Positions 57,361-64,000 of a DNA stretch of 64,000 bases are shown in pieces. Positions within the stretch are counted from its first letter, which is position 1. Each line of letters begins with the position of its first letter. The DNA is from an uncultured Pseudomonadota bacterium (GTDB lineage: Bacteria > Pseudomonadota > Gammaproteobacteria > Burkholderiales > JALYOK01): NCBI GenBank assembly GCA_963714525.1, contig CAVQPB010000001.1:21495-85494 (forward strand), written 5' to 3'. The position numbers and the translations under genes were made by a program. The notes under the pieces are model-generated. The model was given only the letters and a program-made list of their open reading frames with translations, searched no databases and had not been told where the DNA came from.

Positions 57361-58574
57361 AGCCGGCACCGCGCTGGCCACTGCATCCTGCCCCCAGAGA
57401 AGGCGAAGCCCTGTCCTCATGGCTCAATCGTGTCGCCGCCTGCTACCACATGGACTTGCACGACCTACTGGAACACGATCTCGGTCGCGGCCACGTCGAT
57501 GACCTGGATACCGCACCGTCGCTGTCGCTGCTGACGGTTCTCTCGCAGCGCAGCAGCATCGAGCAGGACCGGCTGCGGTGCATGAGCTTTGCCGGCTGGG
57601 TGCCATGGCTGCTGGATAGCCTGAATGATCGGATTCCAGATGCCTTGGAAACCTATGCGTTCCAGTTCTCGGTACTGCTGCCGAAATTCCGCCGTAAGAC
57701 GAGATCGATCACAAGCTGGTGTGCCTGGCTGCCCAGCCGGCCAATCCACCGCGCCTGCCCACTTTGCCTGAACGATCCGACGAATCAAGCCATATTGCTT
57801 GCATGGAAACTGCCGTTGATGCTGAGCTGCCCACAACATGGTTGCTGGCTCGAATTCTATTGGGGCGTACCAGGGCGGCTTCTCGGCTGGGAGAACACCG
57901 ACACTTCGCCGCGCGCGGTCACCGAAGCGATTGCGGCGATGGATCGACGTACCTGGCAAGCGCTGACAACAGGATACGTCGAGTTGCCGCGCAGGCGCAT
58001 CCATGCTGGCCTGTGGTTCCGGCTACTGCGCACATTGCTCGACGAGTTGAACACCCCACTCTCTCTGTGCGGAACGTTCGCGCACAGTATCCGCTATGTC
58101 TGGGAACGTTGCGGACATCCGCTGCGAGCGGGGCAAAGTCTGTGGCGTCCCTACGAAATTTTGCCCCTAGAGGTCCAGTTGCAAATGCTGGAAGCAGCGG
58201 CCACTGCCATCGACCTGATCGAATCGAAGGTGTTGAGTCCCGGCGGAAAACAGGCGGCATTGTTCTTGTCGGAACCGCAGACCGCGTTCACCGACGGCAT
58301 GCCGGTGGTTGAGCGAAAGGAGGAACCAGTCAATTATTGGCAGAAAGCGATCAAAGCAATTGAAGAGGCCATCGTCGAGGCGCGGCACAACCCCGTGACG
58401 GCCCGCTCCCTGTTTGCGCTGACCTCCTATGGTCAGCGCGACCCCGAGTCTTTGGAGCGCTTGCGCATCACGTTTGCCAATGAGGGCATCCCCCCGGAAT
58501 TTCTGTCATATTATGAGCCTGACGGCCCCTTTACATGTCGTAGACTAAATGACGGGTTAAGTGACAGTTTTTGA
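57357..58574 (+). CDS. tniQ: TniQ transposition target-selection protein
   Basis: GTG start overlapping the tniB stop (ATGTGA). VKPAPRWPLHPAPREGEALSSWLNRVAACYHMDL... has high similarity to Tn5053 TniQ as recalled. Confidence 0.8.
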   Translation: MKPAPRWPLHPAPREGEALSSWLNRVAACYHMDLHDLLEHDLGRGHVDDLDTAPSLSLLTVLSQRSSIEQDRLRCMSFAGWVPWLLDSLNDRIPDALETYAFQFSVLLPKFRRKTRSITSWCAWLPSRPIHRACPLCLNDPTNQAILLAWKLPLMLSCPQHGCWLEFYWGVPGRLLGWENTDTSPRAVTEAIAAMDRRTWQALTTGYVELPRRRIHAGLWFRLLRTLLDELNTPLSLCGTFAHSIRYVWERCGHPLRAGQSLWRPYEILPLEVQLQMLEAAATAIDLIESKVLSPGGKQAALFLSEPQTAFTDGMPVVERKEEPVNYWQKAIKAIEEAIVEARHNPVTARSLFALTSYGQRDPESLERLRITFANEGIPPEFLSYYEPDGPFTCRRLNDGLSDSF

Positions 58575-58634
58575 CGACTAGAACTTTCTGGCCCACACTG
58601 TCACATAATCGAACGTATATGTGACAGGTGCGAC
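58575..58634 (+). promoter_or_regulatory. res (resolution) site region upstream of tniR
   Basis: Palindromic tgtcacataatcgaacgtatatgtgaca between tniQ and tniR, in the position of the Tn5053-family res. Confidence 0.55.
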
Positions 58635-59249
58635 ATGCTGATTGGCTACATGCGGGTATCGAAAGCGGACGGCTCCCAGGCGACTGACTTGCAGCGCGAT
58701 GCGCTGGTTGCCGCCGGAGTCGATCCGATACATTTTTATGAAGACCAAGCATCCGGCAAGCGCGAGGACCGGCCAGGCTTGGTGAGCTGCCTGAAGGCGC
58801 TCCGACCAGGCGACACGCTGGTGGTGTGGAAACTGGACCGGCTCGGGCGTGACTTGCGCCACCTCATCAACACAGTGCACGACCTTACCGCACGCGGCAT
58901 TGGCCTCAAGGTATTGACCGGCCACGGCGCGGCCATCGACACCACGACGGCCGCCGGTAAGCTGGTTTTCGGCATCTTTGCGGCGTTGGCAGAGTTCGAG
59001 CGCGAGTTGATCGCCGAGCGCACCATTGCAGGCTTGGCGTCGGCACGGGCGCGCGGTCGAAAAGGCGGCCGGCCGTTCAAAATGACCGCCGCCAAACTGC
59101 GTCTGGCGATGGCGGCGATGGGGCAGCCGGAAACCAAGGTCGGCGATCTATGTCGGGAACTCGGCATCACCCGGCAGACTCTGTACCGGCATATTTCACC
59201 CAAGGGGGACTTGCGCCCCGATGGAGCGAAGTTGCTGTCGCGAACCTAG
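58635..59249 (+). CDS. tniR: Serine recombinase/resolvase TniR
   Basis: MLIGYMRVSKADGSQATDLQRDAL... with the catalytic Ser and a C-terminal HTH. Near-identical to TniR of Tn5053 as recalled. Confidence 0.9.
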   Translation: MLIGYMRVSKADGSQATDLQRDALVAAGVDPIHFYEDQASGKREDRPGLVSCLKALRPGDTLVVWKLDRLGRDLRHLINTVHDLTARGIGLKVLTGHGAAIDTTTAAGKLVFGIFAALAEFERELIAERTIAGLASARARGRKGGRPFKMTAAKLRLAMAAMGQPETKVGDLCRELGITRQTLYRHISPKGDLRPDGAKLLSRT

Positions 59250-59283
59250 CCATCATCATCCACAAGAAATCATAAGGCCGACC

Positions 59284-59532
59284 ATGCCGTCATGTACTTT
59301 TTGCGAACGAGACAACCTTGACCTAATTGCGGAGAATTCGCTTGCATTCGCCGTCAGAGATCGATTTCCCGTGCGAAGGCTCCATTCGCTTGTTCTACCA
59401 AAGCGGCACCTTGGTAATACCTTCGATCTGACGGAAGCAGAACTGGTGGCGATTTTCGATCTCGCAGGCCAAGTGCGAGCGCTGATCCTCATGGAGGATT
59501 CTAGCGTTGGTAATTTCAACTTCGCTAAATGA
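59284..59532 (+). pseudogene. HIT-family protein fragment (N-terminal part only; histidine-triad motif missing)
   Basis: MPSCTFCERDNLDLIAENSLAFAVRDRFPVRRLHSLVLPKRHLGNTFDLTEAEL...; it ends before HxHxHxx. Confidence 0.55.
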
Positions 59533-59621
59533 GCCCATCCCCTCGAAAAGGTAAAACGAGCGGATTTTCCCTCTGAGACAGAGGATTTGAGGCCAAAAAC
59601 GTAAACCCGCTTCAGGCCTTA

Positions 59622-59796
59622 GCGGGTCTTCGGGTTGCGACCTAACCGTGGTGTGCGGTGAATGACGGTAAAACTACCGAATCCCCTGATCTCAATCCGA
59701 TGCCCACGCACCAGCGCGTTATTCATCGTATCCAAGATGGCCAAAACGGCAGCCTCAGTATCCTTCTGCGTCAACTGACTGAACCGTTCGGCTAGG
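59622..59796 (-). pseudogene. ihfB/HU-family (integration host factor beta-like) gene fragment, truncated at both ends
   Basis: Reverse-strand translation gives ...LAERFSQLTQKDTEAAVLAILDTMNNALVRGHRIEIRGFGSFTVIHRTPRLGRNPKT, then an immediate stop. It lacks a start codon, and its 5' end abuts the IS5-family end. Confidence 0.5.
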
Positions 59797-59848
59797 GAAA
59801 CTCTGCAAAACCTGCCAACGGTTTTGAGGTGAGAAACGTTGTATATCG

Positions 59849-60250
59849 ATGAAACAAACCACGCTCGCCACTGCTGGATTCGGACTGGTCACCAAGCGCA
59901 CGCGCAAACGCGTGTTCCTCGACGAGATGAACCTGGTGGTTCCGTGGACCGAATTGGTGGCATTGATTACGCCCCATTCGCCAGTGGCTGGAGCCAAAGG
60001 CGGACGCCCGCCATTTGCAGTTGAAACCATGCTGCGCATTCATTTCTTGCAGCAGTGGTTTGGACTGAGTGATCCGGCTATGGAAGAGGCGCTGCACGAT
60101 GTGTCGCTGTATTGCGAGTTCGCGCACCTTGACCCGGGCGCCAGCCGCTTGCCTGATGAATCGACCATTCTGCGGTTTCGCCACTTGCTCGAACAGTATG
60201 GTCTGAGCATGCAGATCATGGCGGCCAGCTATGGAACTCATAGCGAGTGA
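59849..60250 (+). pseudogene. IS5-family transposase, N-terminal ~130 aa only (truncated where lysR begins)
   Basis: MKQTTLATAGFGLVTKRTRKRVFLDEMNLVVPWTELVALITPHSP...ETMLRIHFLQQWFGLSDPAMEEALHDVSLY...DESTILRFRHLLEQYGLSMQI. Confidence 0.65.
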
Positions 60251-61146
60251 TGGTTGTTCAAGGCGGCACAGGCTTTGCGTACGGTGTCTGCGAGAACGCC
60301 CTGCAGGGGGTGCGGAGCTGCGATGTCCGGAAGAAGCATATTCACCTGGTAACCGATGGCAACGGTAAGCGGCCGCACTACTAGGTCCGGTCCGCTGAGT
60401 TCCAGTGCGGTGAGCGGGTTTACGATGGCAACGCCCAGGCCCTGACGCACCATGGCGCAGACGGCCACTGCGCTCGTGGTTTCAAGCAGGGTTGCGCGAT
60501 GTACTTTAGCGTCCTCGAACATCGCATCAATGGCGGTTCGATACGGGTCGCCAACCGCGAGACTGATGAAGCGCTCGCCTGTAAAGTCGCGTGGTTGCAG
60601 TCGCGCCTTGCGGCACAGGCTGTGATCACGTGGCAAAACGGCCACTTCATTGACTTTCAGCAAGGGCTGCAAGGCAACTCCAGCAGGTGCCTCTTGGGTT
60701 TCACTAAGTCCCAGGTCAAAACGCTGTTCACTCATGGCTTGCTCCAGCCAGGGCGACTCTATGGGATGCACGCTGACTCCTAGTTCAGGATGTGCATGTG
60801 AGAGATATACCAGTGCGCGGGGTACCAAGGCATGGGCCAATGCCGGCAAACACGCAATGCGCAAGCGACCTGTCACTTGCGTGCGCAATTCGCTGGCGCG
60901 CGCTGCGATCTGTTCCAAGCCTATAAACGAGCGTTCTACTTCCTGCATCAGCGCAAGTGCCCGCACGGTAGGGCGTAATCGGCCCCGCACCCGGTCAAAA
61001 AGGTTAAACCCCATTAACTGCTCCAGACGCCCCAGCTCGCGACTCAAAGTGGGCTGGCTTGACGCGCACGCGTCAGCTGCACGCCCCAGGTTGCCGTGCA
61101 GCATGATGGCGCGAAACATCGTCAGCTGGCGATGGGTTAGATTCAT
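60238..61146 (-). CDS. lysR: LysR-family regulator, LysR (lysA activator)-like
   Basis: Divergent from lysA. ...SQPTLSRELGRLEQLMGFNLFDRVRGRLRPT... aligns position for position with E. coli LysR as recalled. Confidence 0.75.
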   Translation of the reverse strand: MNLTHRQLTMFRAIMLHGNLGRAADACASSQPTLSRELGRLEQLMGFNLFDRVRGRLRPTVRALALMQEVERSFIGLEQIAARASELRTQVTGRLRIACLPALAHALVPRALVYLSHAHPELGVSVHPIESPWLEQAMSEQRFDLGLSETQEAPAGVALQPLLKVNEVAVLPRDHSLCRKARLQPRDFTGERFISLAVGDPYRTAIDAMFEDAKVHRATLLETTSAVAVCAMVRQGLGVAIVNPLTALELSGPDLVVRPLTVAIGYQVNMLLPDIAAPHPLQGVLADTVRKACAALNNHHSL

Positions 61147-61215
61147 ATCAATATTGAATAGCTATACAACAAGAATAGCATTGATTGAATTGACTATGAA
61201 GGGGATCATCCACCC

Positions 61216-62466
61216 ATGAACCCTTTTACTCCCGCTACCATCGCTCCTTTGGCCCAGCAGTTCGGTACCCCGCTGTGGATCTATGATGCCGCCACCATTA
61301 CGCGCCAGATTGCCGCTCTGCGGTTGTTTGACGTAGTGCGTTTCGCTCAGAAAGCCAACTCCAATACACACATCCTTCGCCTCATGAAGCGACAGGGCGC
61401 AGTGGTGGACTCGGTGTCTTTGGGTGAAATCGAACGCGCGTTGGCTGGTGGTTTTACGCCGGGCTTGCACAACGGGCACGCAGACATCGTGTTCACGGCC
61501 GATCTGCTGGACCGCGCTACGCTTGCGCGCGTGGTGGAACTCAATATTCCCGTGAACTGCGGCTCCATGGACATGCTGGACCAATTGGGTGCGGTCAACC
61601 CGGGGCACCCGGTGTGGCTACGCATCAACCCAGGTTTCGGGCATGGCCATTCCAAGAAAACAAATACCGGTGGCGAGCATAGCAAGCATGGCATCTGGCA
61701 TGGCGACCTAGTACGCGCCTGCGAAAAGATCAAGTCCAACGGCCTGGCCTTGCAGGGCCTGCACATGCACATCGGCTCAGGCGTGGACTACGCGCACTTG
61801 CAGGAAGTGTGCGGTGCCATGCTGAAGCTGGTAGAGGTAGTGAATGCGCAGGGTTTGGACCTGCACGCCATCTCCGCGGGCGGCGGTCTGTCCGTTCCCT
61901 ACCAGGCCGGTGAACCCACGATTGATACGGCGCACTACTTTTCATTATGGGATGCAGCGCGCCATGCCGTGGAACAACTGCTGGAGCACCCAGTGAAACT
62001 GGAAATAGAACCGGGCCGCTATTTAATGGCCGAGTCCGGCGTGCTGGTCACCGAGGTACGCGCCACGAAGCAACAGGGCGCCAACCATTTTGTGATGGTG
62101 GACGCCGGCTTCAGTGATCTGGCTCGCCCGGCCCTATACGGCGCCTACCACGGCATGGAGTTAATCCGCTCTGATGGCACAGCGGTTAATGGCCTGCAGT
62201 TTGACACGGTGGTTGCCGGACCTCTGTGCGAGTCGGGAGATGTGTTTACGCAGGGAGACGGTGGCGTGGTGTTGCACCGGTCCTTGCCGCAGGCGCAGGT
62301 GGGAGATCTGCTGGTGTTGCACGACACCGGTGCGTATGGCGCCTCCATGTCATCGAACTACAACGCGCGCCCGCTGATTGCCGAAGTGCTGATGGAAAAT
62401 GGTGAGCCCCGGCTTATTCGACGAAGGCAGACGGTGGCTGAGCTGCTCGCGCTGGAGGCGGTGTAA
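61216..62466 (+). CDS. lysA: Diaminopimelate decarboxylase
   Basis: ...FDVVRFAQKANSNTHILRLM...VDSVSLGEIERALA...NTGGEHSKHGIW...HMHIGSGVDYAHL...CESGDVFTQ...HDTGAYGASMSSNYN... This is ~65-70% identical to E. coli LysA by recalled alignment. PLP-fold type III. Confidence 0.9.
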   Translation: MNPFTPATIAPLAQQFGTPLWIYDAATITRQIAALRLFDVVRFAQKANSNTHILRLMKRQGAVVDSVSLGEIERALAGGFTPGLHNGHADIVFTADLLDRATLARVVELNIPVNCGSMDMLDQLGAVNPGHPVWLRINPGFGHGHSKKTNTGGEHSKHGIWHGDLVRACEKIKSNGLALQGLHMHIGSGVDYAHLQEVCGAMLKLVEVVNAQGLDLHAISAGGGLSVPYQAGEPTIDTAHYFSLWDAARHAVEQLLEHPVKLEIEPGRYLMAESGVLVTEVRATKQQGANHFVMVDAGFSDLARPALYGAYHGMELIRSDGTAVNGLQFDTVVAGPLCESGDVFTQGDGGVVLHRSLPQAQVGDLLVLHDTGAYGASMSSNYNARPLIAEVLMENGEPRLIRRRQTVAELLALEAV

Positions 62467-63374
62467 GGCAGCACACAATGGCCTTAGCAACGTAAATCTG
62501 AGGCGGCGGTAGAACGTTTTGACTGATTGCGACATGGTTCTGGCGCCACCAGTGCGAACCACACACAACCTGCTCTACTCCTTGCACACACTGCGCTAGT
62601 CCCGGTGCGGCGCAGGTAGATAAGGCCACCCCTCACGTTGGCGCCGTGGCTTTCATCCACCGGTCCGGCTCCAGCCCGAACGGGCATACGCAATTCAAAT
62701 GTGGGTCGATGGAGTTACGGACAACCGCAAGACTTCCAGCTACCTGCCGTTCGCGACCATCTCATTACGCTGCCTTGCGGGTTTACATTCTTCTCGATAC
62801 CAGACCTTCATTTCGGCTGCTTGAATAGTGGAGTTCAATCAAAAAGGTCCCCCTGCCAGGCTGCGTGGCGTTGCTCCAGAACACCGAGTCGGCATATCTT
62901 GCAGCCAAGGCCCCCAGGTCAATGCTCTGCTCATCGTCGCTGAATTCGAACGACCCAAACATGTTCACGTGCTGCCACGCTACCGGCGAAATCCCTTGAA
63001 TGAATGCAATAGCATCCAGATCCCCGGCCGCCACCTTCTATTCGTATAGCGTTTGGTATTCCTATCCACCAATGGAAGCACCAAAGTGCGGAATTACACT
63101 GAGTTGACCACTGGATTGCATCTGAGCTGACCAGACAAAATCATCAACTTGACCGGTCCAAGTCGAACCGCCGCAGTAGGCCAGTGAACTCAATCGATCG
63201 TATAGATGAAGAGCCTTGGCTCACATGACGATCTGAATAAGTTCAAGTGCGGGGACGAATACAAGCCCGACGACTACGTCGGCAACTGTTTCGTACCCGC
63301 ACCCATCTTCACATGCGGCATTGTTAGTGCAGCCCACTTCTAAACTTACGTGCAGTCGTCTTCTGAAAACGACC

Positions 63375-64000
63375 AGCACGGCACAAAGAAGCTATCGATA
63401 TCGTCTTGGGTTACCGCATCCAACGCAGGAGGATTCCAGCGCGGCTTTTGATCTTTTTCTACGATCAGTGCCCGCACGCCTTCGATGAAATCGCCTTGGT
63501 CAAAGCAGGCGTGCACCATGTTGAGTTCCATCCGGAAGCAATCGGCCAAAGACATTCTGCGGCCGCGATGCAATTGTTCGAGGGTGACGGACATCATCAA
63601 CGGCGATCGTTTTTCGAGACCGGCTAAGGTTTGGGACGCCCAATCGGTCAAGCTGGTCTGCGATTCGTTCTTAAGCGACGCGACGATCTCAGGCAACCTC
63701 GGTTCGCTAAAATGAATATCGATCGCATCCGTGTAGGGCGCCAACACGGCAGGGGTCAAAGGTTCACTGGCCAGCGTGTTAAGCGCCATTTCGATATCCC
63801 GCTCGTGATCGTCGGACCATTCGATATCCTTGAGACGATCGTCGAGGGCGACGACCGAGTAAGTATCCAGATAAATATCGCCAAGCCCGACGGCGAGAAT
63901 ATCCGGCGCTTTGATGTCTTTGCCAGTGATTCCAAGATAAATCCCCATCGCTCCCTCGAGACGCGACAAAAAATAACTAGCGCCGACATCGGGGAATAAT
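63375..64000 (-). CDS. Enoyl-CoA hydratase/isomerase-family protein (3-hydroxyisobutyryl-CoA hydrolase-like), partial: N-terminus beyond window end, last ~10 codons replaced by the transposon IRi
   Basis: ...MGIYLGITGKDIKAPDILAVGLGDIYL... and the C-terminal HIBCH-like region ...ALDAVTQDDIDSFF then run into IR-encoded VPCWSFSEDDCT*. Confidence 0.65.

Larger units (their letters stand above)
51985..63374 (+). mobile_element. Tn402/Tn5053-family transposon (tniA-tniB-tniQ-res-tniR module) with atypical cargo; 25-bp terminal IRs at 51985-52009 and 63350-63374
   Basis: IRt tgtcgttttcagaagacgattgcac and IRi (reverse complement) ggtcgttttcagaagacgactgcac each match the Tn402/Tn5053 IR consensus TGTCGTTTTCAGAAGACGRCTGCAC at 24/25. 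The tni proteins are near-identical to Tn5053/Tn402 as recalled. No flanking 5-bp TSD can be recognised. Confidence 0.8.

Noticed and set aside
62783-63034. Minus-strand 83-aa ORF in the transposon cargo between lysA and IRi
   Set aside because: No recognisable family or RBS. It may be a fragment, like its neighbours, but cannot be supported from sequence alone.

Overview
GC-rich (~58-62%) proteobacterial chromosomal segment. Coordinates 1-17000 are a well-ordered core: a partial LysR regulator, a TctC/TctB/TctA tricarboxylate transporter, a Tat-signal FMN-dependent alpha-hydroxy-acid dehydrogenase, and a Liv-type ABC importer interleaved with two CoA-ligase genes. The 17-38 kb stretch is patchier in composition: a PQQ-dependent dehydrogenase with a c-type cytochrome, a low-GC bfd-bfr islet carrying a Fur box, a TetR/hydrolase/amidohydrolase/Liv-type ABC operon ending in an ABC-ATPase::UPF0261 fusion and a PEP-hydrolase-like TIM-barrel gene, a flotillin, SRPBCC paralogs with a quinone oxidoreductase, cytochrome b561/YceI, an outer-membrane barrel and an aromatic amino-acid decarboxylase. 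From 38.9 kb the content is accessory-like. It holds a secreted DUF4114-metzincin-RTX protease bracketed by ~205-bp direct repeats that also sit upstream of the next secreted-protein gene, a zinc-ribbon membrane protein with a Hanks kinase, and a TRAP transporter. It also holds a tandem family of secreted proteins that share an unexplained ~125-aa C-terminal module on different catalytic heads. The last member of that family is cut by a Tn402/Tn5053-family transposon at 51985-63374, which has recognisable 25-bp IRs, tniA interrupted by an IS21-family element with a 6-bp TSD, tniB-tniQ-res-tniR, and a junkyard cargo of HIT, ihfB and IS5 fragments plus an enterobacterial-like lysR-lysA pair. At least 12 single-base frameshifts interrupt otherwise well-conserved genes between 18 kb and 57 kb, with none in the first 17 kb; these look more like homopolymer indel errors than real pseudogenes, but either reading should be checked. 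REP-like palindromes of the family 'gggtagggtg...caccctacc' recur three times. No rRNA, tRNA or CRISPR was found.
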